The notes: generated by a model from the sequence alone, not told the origin. A stretch of DNA of 64,000 bases from a candidate division FCPU426 bacterium (GCA_040756875.1 JBFLYH010000001.1:1244878-1308877); one strand, 5' to 3'. Numbered from the stretch's first letter, positions 10,454-20,142 are shown. Numbers and translations are program-made.

Positions 10454-10496
10454 CCCTCCTGATCGCCTGTTCGACCCTAGTCTTACGCTCCCCTTA

Positions 10497-10946
10497 TTAG
10501 TGCCCGTCCGCCGTCCGGGTCGGCGTAGCCGTGGGCGTGGGGACTTTTTCCCGCTTCCCTGTTGGCCAGCCCCACATAGTCAGCGTGGAGCCGGCGGCAG
10601 GCTCAAAAGGAAACCAGGCCGTGCCGGTCGGCCCCAGGGGCCAGCCCCATACTTCCAGCGTGGACCCTGCGGCAGGCTCGAAGGGAGCCCAGGCCGTGCC
10701 GGTCGGTCCCAGCAGCCAGCCCCAGGCCTCCAGCGTGGAACCCGCGGCAGGCTCAAAGGGAACCCAGGCCGTGCCAGTCGGGCCCAACGGCCAGCCCCAG
10801 ACTGTCAACGTTGAACCGGTTGGCGCGGGCAAGCCGGGCGTAGAAACCGGAGGCTGGGGCGGCTGCTTTTGTTCCTGACAGCCCGCGCCGGCCAGAACCA
10901 GCAGCAACCCGACTATCGCCCAAAACCGTGGATAGGATCCGCTCAT
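10497..10946 (-). CDS. Predicted lipoprotein with 25-aa Trp/Gly/Pro tandem repeats
   Basis: Lipobox-like LAGAGC; GSTLxxWGWPLGPTGTAWxPFEPAA three times plus a partial unit; starts 2 nt after the upstream stop. Confidence 0.7.
   Translation of the reverse strand: MSGSYPRFWAIVGLLLVLAGAGCQEQKQPPQPPVSTPGLPAPTGSTLTVWGWPLGPTGTAWVPFEPAAGSTLEAWGWLLGPTGTAWAPFEPAAGSTLEVWGWPLGPTGTAWFPFEPAAGSTLTMWGWPTGKREKVPTPTATPTRTADGH
10565..10816. repeat. 75-bp tandem repeat (about 3.4 units) inside the lipoprotein gene
   Basis: CAGCCCCA recurs at 10567, 10642, 10717 and 10792. Confidence 0.9.
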
Positions 10947-10948
10947 GG

Positions 10949-11365
10949 CTACTCGCAGCGCACGCGGACGGTTTCCTGGCCGCCATCCACGTCCACGGTC
11001 AATTCTTCCATCGCGTCGATGATCTCCTGCAGGTTTTCCGGCTTTAGGCTGTCCACGTCGAACTTCATGCCTTGCTCGCTTAATGCCTGGTTGATCTTGT
11101 CCTTGGCCACCACGGGGATCAGCGAAGCCAGCTTGACCCCGGCCCGCAGCATTTGCAGCGGCACCCGAACGTTGACATTGACCGGTTTGCCGTTTTCATC
11201 CTTGCTGCCGTTCACCGTGACCACCAGGTATTTCAGGTTCCGTTTCCCCGTTCCCGACGGCGCCGCGTCGTTCCCGCCCAGCGCGGCCAAAAGGCGTTCC
11301 GCTTCGGGCACGGTCACCTTGCCGTTCGCGAGCATTTCCAAAATTTTCCTGGTTTCTTCGGACAT
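10949..11365 (-). CDS. SHOCT-like (YvlB-type N-terminus) protein
   Basis: MSEETRKILEMLANGKVTVPEAERLLAAL; VNVNVRVPL. Confidence 0.8.
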   Translation of the reverse strand: MSEETRKILEMLANGKVTVPEAERLLAALGGNDAAPSGTGKRNLKYLVVTVNGSKDENGKPVNVNVRVPLQMLRAGVKLASLIPVVAKDKINQALSEQGMKFDVDSLKPENLQEIIDAMEELTVDVDGGQETVRVRCE

Positions 11366-11376
11366 GTTCTCGCCTC

Positions 11377-11646
11377 CTAAATAAGTTTGATGGAAATATC
11401 ATTCAAGCCGTCCTGCACTTTGACGGTCAACCCACGCAGCGAGCAAAAAAGTTCATAAACGAGAACGGGCGCGGCCAGGATGGCCCTGCCTGCCGGGAAC
11501 CAGACCAGGAACAAGCCGGCCAGAAGCCAAAAAGGCAACACCAGCAAAACCAGGAGCAGCAACAGGGGCCAGAGCAGGAAAAAAGGCAGCCACCAGCCCC
11601 AGCGCTGCGGATGGAATTTCAGATAGCAGAACGAAGGGGGGATCAT
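11377..11646 (-). CDS. Small membrane protein of the DUF2089 operon
   Basis: WWLPFFLLWPLLLLL hydrophobic hairpin; ATGA overlap with the upstream gene. Confidence 0.75.
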   Translation of the reverse strand: MIPPSFCYLKFHPQRWGWWLPFFLLWPLLLLLVLLVLPFWLLAGLFLVWFPAGRAILAAPVLVYELFCSLRGLTVKVQDGLNDISIKLI

Positions 11647-12011
11647 GGCTTCAGCCTTTCCACCGCCTCATCCACCGTGATTTCGCCTTTTTCCAACTGC
11701 GCCAGCACTTCGCCGCGGTCAGACTGGGCGTTGACGTGGACAAAGTCGAATTGCCGGCCCAAACGGTTGAGACGGTTCTTTATGGTTGGATAACTGACGC
11801 CAAACATCTGTTCCATTTGCTTAATGGACCCGTGGGTCTTCACGAAGGTGGCGATGAAAATCTGATCCTCCATGGGTAGCTTGGCCATGGGCGGCAATTC
11901 GAAGCTGCCTTCAATGGCAATCCCCTTTTTAACCAATCTGACACGCTCAATCACCAGCTCTTCCTGCTGGGTTAAAACCGTTAAATCTTGCCAGGTATTT
12001 TTAGCGACCAT
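11643..12011 (-). CDS. DUF2089 family HTH protein
   Basis: FIATFVKTHGSIKQMEQMFGVSYPTIKNRLNRL...LAQLEKGEITVDEA; RBS GGAGG favours ATG 12011. Confidence 0.9.
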   Translation of the reverse strand: MVAKNTWQDLTVLTQQEELVIERVRLVKKGIAIEGSFELPPMAKLPMEDQIFIATFVKTHGSIKQMEQMFGVSYPTIKNRLNRLGRQFDFVHVNAQSDRGEVLAQLEKGEITVDEAVERLKP

Positions 12012-12042
12012 GATCGCCTCCAACATTAATTAATTTAATTAA

Positions 12043-12070
12043 TTTATAGCATATTAATTTACTATGTCAA
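12043..12070 (-). promoter_or_regulatory. Sigma70-type promoter of the DUF2089 operon
   Basis: Minus strand TTGACA-16 nt-TATAAA with an extended TGn, inside an extremely AT-rich gap. Confidence 0.7.
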
Positions 12071-12194
12071 TAGTAATATTAATTTTATTAATTTTTATAT
12101 TTATTATTATTAATTTTGTTAATTAATAATAATAATCTTAATTTTAAAGGATTTTATAGATAACGAGACTGTTGCGCACTGGTGAGTGGATCAG

Positions 12195-12228
12195 AAAAGC
12201 CCCCCCAGGTTTGATCCCAGGGAGGCTT
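12195..12228 (-). terminator. Probable intrinsic terminator after the MCP gene
   Basis: Minus strand AAGCCTCCCTGGG-ATCAAA-CCTGGGGGGGCTT followed by further T residues. Confidence 0.55.
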
Positions 12229-12244
12229 ATTCCGGAAAGAGTGG

Positions 12245-12290
12245 AGGTATCCCCCGGACTGAAGTCCGGGGATACCTGCGGAGGGATTAG
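12245..12290. repeat. REP-like palindrome (CCCCGGACT-NA-AGTCCGGGG family)
   Basis: AGGTATCCCCCGGACTGAAGTCCGGGGATACCT-GCGGAGGGATT; related copies at 54148-54241. Confidence 0.7.
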
Positions 12291-13897
12291 AACTCCGATA
12301 ACTCTTTATCGCGTTCCTTATCCAGTTCCCCGTTCCTGCCACCCCGCGTCCCGTGAGCAGTTTCATAGGAAGTGGCAAAAACAGCCGAAGCTCTGGAACT
12401 CAAACCCGCACGGTTCTGCAACCCGCTCCGGAAACCCGAAACAGGCTGCCCGGTCTCTTCTGCCTGGCTGCCGCCGACGATCTCCTGCAGCTCCCTGACC
12501 ATGTGGTTCAATTCCGTGGCCTGCGAGCTGAGCTCCTCCGAAGCCGAGGCGGATTCTTCCGCATTGGCCGCGTTCGACTGCGCCACCTTGTCGGTTTGCA
12601 TCATGGCATTGCTCAACTGCTCGAGATCGCTGTTCTGCGCCACGCTTCCCTGCGACACATCGGCTGCCAGCTTGTCCGCAGAGGAAGCCACCTGGCTGAT
12701 TTCCTTCAGAAACGTCGACACTTCCTGGCTGATGACCACCCCGTTTTCCGCGTTTTTCACTGCGGCTTCGATCATGCCGTTGGTGTTCTTGGCGGCGGCT
12801 GCGCTCCGTTGCGCCAGGCTGCGCACTTCCTCCGCCACCACGGCGAAGCCCTTGCCCGCCTCGCCCGCCCTGGCCGCTTCCACCGCCGCGTTCAGCGCCA
12901 GCAAATTGGTCTGGAAAGCGATTTCATCGATGGTCTTCACGATCTTGTACGTTTCATCCGAGGATTTTTTAATGTTGTTGATGGCGCCGACCATCTTGGC
13001 CATGGCGTCGCTGCCCTGGGCGGAAACCAGCTTGGCTTTCTCGGCCAGTTTTTTCGTTTCCGCGGCATTGGCGGTGTTCTTCTTGGTGGCGGCCACCAAA
13101 TTGTCGAAATTGTTCTTCACCTCGCCCACAACCGAGGCCTGCTCGCTGGCTCCTTCGGCCAGGGACTGGCTGGAGGAGGAAACCTGCCCGGCTGCCGAAG
13201 AGGTCTGGTCCGCGCCCGCCTTCAGGCCGCCGATGATCCGGTTAATGGGCCGGATAATGGCTTCGGAGATCAGCATGAAAAGGGCAAAGCCGGCGATACC
13301 GGCAAAGAGAGAGACAGCCACAATCCATCCGCGCGTTTGCGAGGAAGCCTGGTGCATTCGTTGGTCGGAAGTTTGTTTGCTGTTCTTGGCCATCTCCACG
13401 ATTTGCCCCAGCAGTTTTCTAACTTGGTCCAGCGCCGGCAGGGTCTGCGAGTGATAGATCTCCAATACGTGCTGGGAACCCCCGCTCTCATGGACCGCCT
13501 TGCCGATTTGAATGGCTGATTCATGCAAGTGATTATGCGGCCCTTCGATCTCCGCGAACGCATTCTTCAACTCCGGCAGCATTTCCACCGCCTGTTTCAT
13601 GCCGTCGCCGTAATACCATTTGCCGAAGGCGCACTGGTGCGGATCGGTCTGCACCGTGATTTCGCCGGTCTGTTGCTCGGCAATGTAATTCGACAGCTTG
13701 TTGGCCCAACCGAGGTGATCAATTTCGCGGCCCATCATTTCCTGAACCAAATATCCAAAAGAATTGGCTTTTGCCGTCTGTCCGATCACGCGGCTCAATC
13801 CCCAGAAACTGATACCCGCCACCACGACCAGCAAGCCCATGAGCGTCAAGAATTGAGTCCCTAATTTTTGTCGCAATGTCAGTTTCACGATATCCAC
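12287..13897 (-). CDS. Methyl-accepting chemotaxis protein with CZB (zinc-binding) sensor domain
   Basis: Two TMs flanking DHLGW...[12 protein letters not shown]...[39 protein letters not shown]. Confidence 0.95.
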   Translation of the reverse strand: MDIVKLTLRQKLGTQFLTLMGLLVVVAGISFWGLSRVIGQTAKANSFGYLVQEMMGREIDHLGWANKLSNYIAEQQTGEITVQTDPHQCAFGKWYYGDGMKQAVEMLPELKNAFAEIEGPHNHLHESAIQIGKAVHESGGSQHVLEIYHSQTLPALDQVRKLLGQIVEMAKNSKQTSDQRMHQASSQTRGWIVAVSLFAGIAGFALFMLISEAIIRPINRIIGGLKAGADQTSSAAGQVSSSSQSLAEGASEQASVVGEVKNNFDNLVAATKKNTANAAETKKLAEKAKLVSAQGSDAMAKMVGAINNIKKSSDETYKIVKTIDEIAFQTNLLALNAAVEAARAGEAGKGFAVVAEEVRSLAQRSAAAAKNTNGMIEAAVKNAENGVVISQEVSTFLKEISQVASSADKLAADVSQGSVAQNSDLEQLSNAMMQTDKVAQSNAANAEESASASEELSSQATELNHMVRELQEIVGGSQAEETGQPVSGFRSGLQNRAGLSSRASAVFATSYETAHGTRGGRNGELDKERDKELSEF

Positions 13898-13927
13898 CTC
13901 GAGATAGTATTAGTTCCTCTTTTCTCA

Positions 13928-13955
13928 CTATCGGACTGTCTGGGCTGTTTCTTTA
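13928..13955 (-). promoter_or_regulatory. Sigma28 (FliA/SigD)-like promoter for the MCP gene
   Basis: Minus strand TAAA-N16-TCCGATAG about 30 nt upstream of the start; matches TAAA-N15/16-GCCGATAW. Confidence 0.65.
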
Positions 13956-14024
13956 GGCACAGGCATCGGAAATAACTTTTATATTTTACAGGTTTTTCCA
14001 GGTATCGAACCACGTTATTAATAT

Positions 14025-14211
14025 GAAACCTCTGAAAAAGGTTTTTTATCTTCTGGTTTTAACTGGGGTGTTCGAGGTATCAATGAGAAAGCGTTTGCGA
14101 AAAGGACTGTTATTCCTACCTTTTCGCAAGCCGAGGCCGCCCTCCACATGGCGGCCGTCTTTCGAAGTGATACCTCGAATACCCCAGGCACCAGACTTTT
14201 TCAGAGGTTTC
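14025..14211. mobile_element. MITE-like element with 16-bp terminal inverted repeats and a 5-bp target duplication
   Basis: GAAACCTCTGAAAAAG (14025-40) / CTTTTTCAGAGGTTTC (14196-211); AATAT on both flanks; nested internal inverted repeats. Confidence 0.7.
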
Positions 14212-14319
14212 AATATGAAATAAGTATCAATATACTTCCCGGCAAAGCTAAAAAAAGTGACCATGAAGTCGCATGATTTTCATCTGGAACAGTCTTTAAG
14301 ACAGGGATAAAATGGTGTA

Positions 14320-16539
14320 ATGACATCGATGAAGGCCAGCTCCTGCCAGTTGCTGTTTCCAGCACCCGCCTCCCGCTGTTTTCGGGTACTGTTTTTTCTG
14401 CTTATTATTGCCTGCTTTTTTCCTTTTTCCCCGGCCCTGGCCTTGTCTCCCAACCGCGTGCTGGTGGCCTACAACGCCAATTGGACCGGCGACCAGGACA
14501 GCAACGGGGTCCAGGATTCCCGTCAAATCGCCGAATACTACCTGCTCAAGCGCGGCATTCCGGCTGCCAACTGCATCGGTCTGGCCATCAGCGTCAGCAC
14601 CTATTATTATTACACCGGCCAATACCCCAATTTCCAGGCTGACATGGTCCAGCCCCTGCAAGCCAAACTGGCCAGTCTGGGCCCTTCCAACATCGACGCT
14701 ATTGTCCTGATTTACGGCCTGCCCTACACGGTCCAGGACGCTGCGGGCGACAGCGTGAGCGTCGACAATGTGCTGATGGGATTGAACTACTGGAACCCGA
14801 CCACGGACAACATCAACTGGTATTCCAACCCTTACCTTGAGGTCGCGCCGACATTCGGGGCGGACAAAGGCCATTTCGACCATACGACCTATAAATTCCT
14901 CGGCACCGAGATGTATCTGGTCACCCGGCTGGACGGGCCGCGCGGCGTGAGAGGCGGCCTGGAACTGGTGGACCAGGCGCTCTACGGCGACCGGTACATC
15001 GCGGCAACCGCCGGTTATTACCAGGGCAGCGCCTACGTGGACAGCCGTTACGGCCAGGGCGGCGGCTCCACCCGCTTTACTGACGCTTATCTGGCCGGGC
15101 TGACGAGCGTGCAGACCGGCTCCTACGGCACGTACTACGAAGCGGACACCAATATGGCTTTTGCGGAAAACTACGTCTCCGCCTCGGGGCTGAATTTGCG
15201 CTGGGAAAACACGACCGGAAGCTACGAAATCGGCGAAGCGCTGGCCGAGTACCAGGATTCCACGCCTGCGACCGTAGCGGCCCGCGCCTTGCTGTACGGC
15301 GGCTGGTACAATTACGGCCGTTATCTCGATGTCTGGGAATGGCTGCCCGGCGCCGTGGCCTGCGACCTTAACAGCAATTCCCTGAGCGACCTGCGCTCAG
15401 CCGGGGCCAATGCCTTCGGCACGCAGGCCCTGCGCAAAGGCGCCACGGCCGTGTGCGGAGTGACCGGCGAACCTTATCTCACCGGCCATCCCCGCCCCAA
15501 CGTCCTTCTTTATTACATGCTCGCCGGCTATAGCTTCGCCGAAGCTGCGGCATTGTGCACGCCTAGTATTGGCTGGCGCCCCATCAACGTGGGCGACGCT
15601 ATTTACGCGCCCTTTGCGGCCAAAACCCCTGTGGTTGACACCCAGCTGCCCGCTTTGGAAGGCGGCGCGGCCCAGATCAGCTTCTCCGTGACCGGCAATC
15701 CGACGCTCGCCCTGGTCGTGGCCGATTCCCCGGAACCGGACCTGGCCCGGGTGCGCATCGAGTACGGCCTGACCGCGGCCTACGGAATGAGCCAGGATTC
15801 GGACCCTGGCTTCTGGCGGCGCCACGCTTTCACGCTGGAAGGGCTTGCATCCTCCCAAACGTACCATTACCGGTTCAGGCTCGAAGACCCGGCAGGCAAT
15901 GTCGTCTACACTCCGGATGCCACTTTCACCACCGGCATCGTGCTCACGCCCACCTCCACCCGGACCGCGACGCCGACACGCACCCATACGCCCACTGCCA
16001 CGGTCACGCCGTACCTCAGCCCGACCATGACCCCGACCGCCACGGTATTCCTGTCAGCCACCTCCAGTCCCACGGCCACGGTCTCGCGGACCTTCACCGG
16101 AACAGCGACCATCACCCTGACCCGGACCGTCACGCCGACCCGTTCGGCCACGCCCACCATTACACCCACTCCGACGATCACACCCACGGCCACGATCACG
16201 CCCACCCGCACGGCCACGCCCTCTGTCACGCCCACAGCCACGGCCACACCGACCAATCCCCTGGCCTTGATCGACCTGCGCGGACGGCCGGCGCTGGTTT
16301 ATCCCAATCCGGCCAGGGACGAGGTGCGGTTCCTGCTGCACGCGGACAGGGCCGCGGCGGTGAAAATATCGATCTACAATCTCGCGGGCGAACGGGCGGC
16401 TGTCTTGGAGCAAACCATTAGCGGCCGGGGGCAGGTCGTGGTCTGGCCGTGCAGCCATGCGGCTTCGGGGATCTATTTCGCCATTATCGAAGTGGACGGC
16501 CGGCGGCAGGCAGCCTTGAAATTCGCCATTGCTCCCTAG
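14320..16539 (+). CDS. TIGR03790-like protein with FN3-like domain, Thr/Pro linker and T9SS-type C-terminal domain
   Basis: RVLVAYN...SRQIAEYY..KRGIP, LVTRLDG, LYGGWY, GATAVCGVTGEPYL; YPNPARDEV...SGIYF. Confidence 0.82.
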   Translation: MTSMKASSCQLLFPAPASRCFRVLFFLLIIACFFPFSPALALSPNRVLVAYNANWTGDQDSNGVQDSRQIAEYYLLKRGIPAANCIGLAISVSTYYYYTGQYPNFQADMVQPLQAKLASLGPSNIDAIVLIYGLPYTVQDAAGDSVSVDNVLMGLNYWNPTTDNINWYSNPYLEVAPTFGADKGHFDHTTYKFLGTEMYLVTRLDGPRGVRGGLELVDQALYGDRYIAATAGYYQGSAYVDSRYGQGGGSTRFTDAYLAGLTSVQTGSYGTYYEADTNMAFAENYVSASGLNLRWENTTGSYEIGEALAEYQDSTPATVAARALLYGGWYNYGRYLDVWEWLPGAVACDLNSNSLSDLRSAGANAFGTQALRKGATAVCGVTGEPYLTGHPRPNVLLYYMLAGYSFAEAAALCTPSIGWRPINVGDAIYAPFAAKTPVVDTQLPALEGGAAQISFSVTGNPTLALVVADSPEPDLARVRIEYGLTAAYGMSQDSDPGFWRRHAFTLEGLASSQTYHYRFRLEDPAGNVVYTPDATFTTGIVLTPTSTRTATPTRTHTPTATVTPYLSPTMTPTATVFLSATSSPTATVSRTFTGTATITLTRTVTPTRSATPTITPTPTITPTATITPTRTATPSVTPTATATPTNPLALIDLRGRPALVYPNPARDEVRFLLHADRAAAVKISIYNLAGERAAVLEQTISGRGQVVVWPCSHAASGIYFAIIEVDGRRQAALKFAIAP

Positions 16540-16687
16540 CCGGCTTGAAAAGGCTTATTTTTCCGCCCGGAGGAGCCCATTCCCAGCTTGCAGGATAACC
16601 GTTTGCTTTAGGCGTATTCATGGGATAAAGTTAATAAAAGAAGGTTCCTGCCTGTCGCATTCTGCGATGGAAAGCGGCGAATAATAC

Positions 16688-19261
16688 ATGTCACCTGTCA
16701 GACGGTTTTTCTCAAATTGGTCCGTTTTTCTGCTCTGGACGGTCCTGTCGACCGGGTTTACGCTCCAGCCTGCTTTCGCCAATAACCCCGACGACAAACT
16801 GAAACATCCCTGGCGTCCCGAAGAAACCTCGGCGCAGTTTTATGACCACGAGATATTGATAAAATTCAAGGATCCCATGCCCCCCGAAGCGCTGGCGGCT
16901 TTCGGGCGCCAGATGTCCCGCGCGCTGGCCGGTCGCGAAGAGGCTTTGGCCGCGTTCCACGGGCGTTTGCGGACGCGCCCCCTGGGCCGGCCGGTCCTGG
17001 GCTGGCAGCGGGTCAGCCTGCCCGAGGGGCAAGGCGTGAACGAAGCCATCGCGCAACTGCGCACCCACCCCTTGATTGCGAACCTTGAGCCCAATTACCG
17101 CGTCCGGGCGGTCGATGCCATGTCCACCACCTACACGCCCAACGGCGCGTTCAACGACCCGTTTTACACCGACGGACGCTCGCAGTGGTGGATCAACCGC
17201 ACCCAGGGCGACCTGGCTAAAAACGCCGGGTTTGCCTTCAGCCCGGCCGAGGTGGTCGTGGCCACTGTGGATACCGGGGTGGATTTAGATCACGCGGAAT
17301 TCTCCGGCCGCCTAGTGGCCGGTTATAACGTGATCACTCCCACCAGTTCCCCGGATGACGACAATTTCGACTACAGCCGGCCGATTCTGGGCCATGGCAC
17401 GCACGTGGCCGGAACCATGATCGCCGCGGCCGGCAACGGGGCCGGAGTGGCCGGCACGGCCTGGCTCAATGCCATCAAAGTCATGCCCGTCAAAGTCCTG
17501 GATTACAACGGCAACGGAAGCATTCAGGACGCGGCGGACGGGATCACCTGGGCCGTGGACAACGGCGCGCAGGTCATCAACTGCAGCCTGGGAAGCTACG
17601 CCTACTCCTTCGCCCTGCAGGACGCCTGCGATTACGCCTACACCCACGACATTCTGGTGGTGGCCGCCGCCGGCAACAACAACGTCAATCTGCAGGTTTA
17701 TCCGTTTTATCCGGCCTGCATCGCCGGCGTGCTGTGCGTCGGCGCCTCGGACGCCCAGGACGCAGTCACTTATTATTCAAATTACAGCAATCCCGCCGGC
17801 CTGCTGGACTGCGTGGCGCCCGGAGGCGCCCTGATCGAATACGCCACGGGCTGGGATTGGGACTATGGCGTAACGTCCACGGCCAACACCGGCGGCTGGA
17901 CGGCCCTGGACGGCACCTCCTTCGCCGCTCCGCAGGTCAGCGCCCTGGCTGCGCTGCTGCTGGCGCAGGATTCGTCGCGCACGCCCGCGGACCTGAGTTC
18001 GCTGATTTTGACGTATTGCCAGCCCAAAGCCGGGGAACCGGCGGCCTATCACGGTTCCGGCCGGATCAGCGTATACGGATCGCTGAGCGTTTACCGGACG
18101 CCCACGCCCACGGTCACGTCCACCCGGACCGCCACGATGACGATCACACCGACCGCCACGCCCACGCCCTCGCGCACCGCAACTTTCACGTTTACACCCA
18201 CGCCGACAATCACGCCTACATGGACCGCTTCCCGGACCTTCACCCCGACCGCCTCCCCGACGTTCTCCCGCACGCCGACCGCCACGGCCACCCATTCGCC
18301 CACGTTCACAGCTTCTCCGACCGCCTCAAAGACTTTTACGCCCACCGCCACGCCTTCTTTCACGCGCACGGCCACGGTCACTGCCACTGCTTCGCCCACA
18401 GCCACGGTTTCCCCGACCGTCTCCCTTACGTTCACTTCGACGTCCTCTCCCACCTTCAGCCCCACGGCCACGGCCAGTTTGAGTTCGACGGCCACGCCCT
18501 CCGCGACTCCCACGGCTTCCATTACGCCGACACACACCCGCAGCGCCACAGCCACGGCGACTCACACCCGGACGCCGACCCTGACGCCTTCGGCTTCAAG
18601 CACCGCGACGCCCACCATCACCCCCACGCCGACGATCTCCGCCACGGCGACCCATTCGCCCACGGTTTCGCGCACGGCGACCGCCAGCGTCACCTTCACG
18701 CCAACGCCCTCGCGCACCGCCTCGCCGACCACGACGCCCACGGCCACGGTTTCAGCCACGTACACGGCTACGCCGAGCCGCACCCCCACTTTTACCCGCA
18801 CCGCGACCGCTTCGCCCACGGCCAGCATCAGCCCCACGCGGACCGTCACGCCGACCCAGACCGTCACGCCCACCCAGTCGCCCACGGCCACAATTTCACC
18901 GGTGGTCAGCCCGACCCCCACAGCCACGGCCAGCCTGACACCCACGTCAAGCAGCACGCCTGCTCCTGTGATGTTTGCGGATGTAAACGAAGTGATCGCC
19001 TATCCCAATCCCTGGCGGGAGGAAACCGCGGCCGGCAGAAGGCGCGTCGTCTTCACGCACGTGCCAGCCGGAGCGCATATTGAAATCTTCACTCTGTGCG
19101 GAGTTCACGTGCTCAGCTTGGATGCCCCGGATTCCGGCGGAACAACGCAATGGAATCTCTCCAACAGCCAGGGACAGCCCGTGGCTTCGGGCGTGTATAT
19201 CTATATCATCCGGGACAAATCAGGGCGCCAGGCCAGCGGCAAGCTGGCGCTGATCCGGTAA
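16688..19261 (+). CDS. Subtilisin-like S8 serine peptidase with ~290-aa Thr/Pro/Ser linker and T9SS-type C-terminal domain
   Basis: Catalytic triad DTGVD, GHGTHVAG, GTSFAAP; AAAGN; YPNPW...WNLSNSQGQPVASGVYIY. Confidence 0.95.
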   Translation: MSPVRRFFSNWSVFLLWTVLSTGFTLQPAFANNPDDKLKHPWRPEETSAQFYDHEILIKFKDPMPPEALAAFGRQMSRALAGREEALAAFHGRLRTRPLGRPVLGWQRVSLPEGQGVNEAIAQLRTHPLIANLEPNYRVRAVDAMSTTYTPNGAFNDPFYTDGRSQWWINRTQGDLAKNAGFAFSPAEVVVATVDTGVDLDHAEFSGRLVAGYNVITPTSSPDDDNFDYSRPILGHGTHVAGTMIAAAGNGAGVAGTAWLNAIKVMPVKVLDYNGNGSIQDAADGITWAVDNGAQVINCSLGSYAYSFALQDACDYAYTHDILVVAAAGNNNVNLQVYPFYPACIAGVLCVGASDAQDAVTYYSNYSNPAGLLDCVAPGGALIEYATGWDWDYGVTSTANTGGWTALDGTSFAAPQVSALAALLLAQDSSRTPADLSSLILTYCQPKAGEPAAYHGSGRISVYGSLSVYRTPTPTVTSTRTATMTITPTATPTPSRTATFTFTPTPTITPTWTASRTFTPTASPTFSRTPTATATHSPTFTASPTASKTFTPTATPSFTRTATVTATASPTATVSPTVSLTFTSTSSPTFSPTATASLSSTATPSATPTASITPTHTRSATATATHTRTPTLTPSASSTATPTITPTPTISATATHSPTVSRTATASVTFTPTPSRTASPTTTPTATVSATYTATPSRTPTFTRTATASPTASISPTRTVTPTQTVTPTQSPTATISPVVSPTPTATASLTPTSSSTPAPVMFADVNEVIAYPNPWREETAAGRRRVVFTHVPAGAHIEIFTLCGVHVLSLDAPDSGGTTQWNLSNSQGQPVASGVYIYIIRDKSGRQASGKLALIR

Positions 19262-19275
19262 GGTTGGGAAACCGC

Positions 19276-20142
19276 TCATTTCGCCACCGCGCAGCCGCAA
19301 TTGCCCCCGGTCGAACCGTACGCGCACAGGCTGGAGCACTCGTCGCCGTTCGCGGCGATTTTGGGGCGGCTGTCCACCACCAGCCGCGCGGCGGAGTTGA
19401 AATACACGTAAGGGCAATAGAGGGTGGTCGGCAGGCCCAGGTCCGTGGGCTGCCACGGAGACCCCGGTCCAGAGGTCGGAGGAAGGTTCGTGCCGTCGCT
19501 GCGGGCAATCTCCAAGTAATGGGTTTGGATGTATTCCCAGGAGTCCGCGGGATTCTTGTAAATGAACCCAAAGTGCAGGTGCGGGTAGGAGCCGGGTTTG
19601 ACCGTGGCCACGAGCAGGTCCGCCAGTTTCTGGCCGCGCCTAAGCCTGCTTCCCTCCTTGACCCGGACTGCCTTGACCTGCCTTTCAAATTCCGCGGGAA
19701 TCAGGGTTTGCGGTTCGATGGTGTAAATCGCGAACCAAAACTGGTTCAGTTGCAGTATCACCGTGATCGAGGGGCACCCGGCGCCGGTCGTGCTTTGTAC
19801 GATGCGCGCAACGCGTCCGTTGGCCACGGCGACCAGCGGAACCTTCTGCACGCGCCTGAAAGCCGGCAAATAACGCGGGACAATGTCCGTGCCGCCGTGG
19901 GTTTCCACCCCCGCCGTGTCCCAGGGGAACAAGCCGAAACAGTAAAACCGGTCGACTTGGACGGGATTTTGATAGGGGAACGTCATGCCCGGATCCGGCA
20001 GCGAAATCTTGCCGGCTTGGGCGCTCATGACCCCGGGTTCAGTGGGCATTGCGCTCTGTTCGGAAGAAGTGCAGCCTCCCTGCAGCAGCAGGATTAGTCC
20101 CAATCCAGCCAAGCCAGCCAGCTTTTTCCAGGTCTTGTTCAT
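19276..20142 (-). CDS. Lipoprotein with M23-like metallopeptidase motifs
   Basis: Lipobox LQGGC; HGGTD (HxxxD), AVANGRV, VKEGSRLRRGQKLA, PHLHFG; Cys-rich tail. Confidence 0.7.
   Translation of the reverse strand: MNKTWKKLAGLAGLGLILLLQGGCTSSEQSAMPTEPGVMSAQAGKISLPDPGMTFPYQNPVQVDRFYCFGLFPWDTAGVETHGGTDIVPRYLPAFRRVQKVPLVAVANGRVARIVQSTTGAGCPSITVILQLNQFWFAIYTIEPQTLIPAEFERQVKAVRVKEGSRLRRGQKLADLLVATVKPGSYPHLHFGFIYKNPADSWEYIQTHYLEIARSDGTNLPPTSGPGSPWQPTDLGLPTTLYCPYVYFNSAARLVVDSRPKIAANGDECSSLCAYGSTGGNCGCAVAK

Noticed and set aside
10565-10816. CRISPR array
   Set aside because: The 75-bp units are similar along their whole length with no unique spacers, stay in frame within an ORF, and no cas genes are present
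14023-14264. Short ORFs 14023-14223 and 14046-14264
   Set aside because: They coincide with the palindromic MITE and have no protein features
18091-18957. Val/Ala/Gly-rich antisense ORFs (also 5081-5377, 15906-16256, 62415-62960)
   Set aside because: Mirror translations of the Thr/Pro linkers on the coding strand
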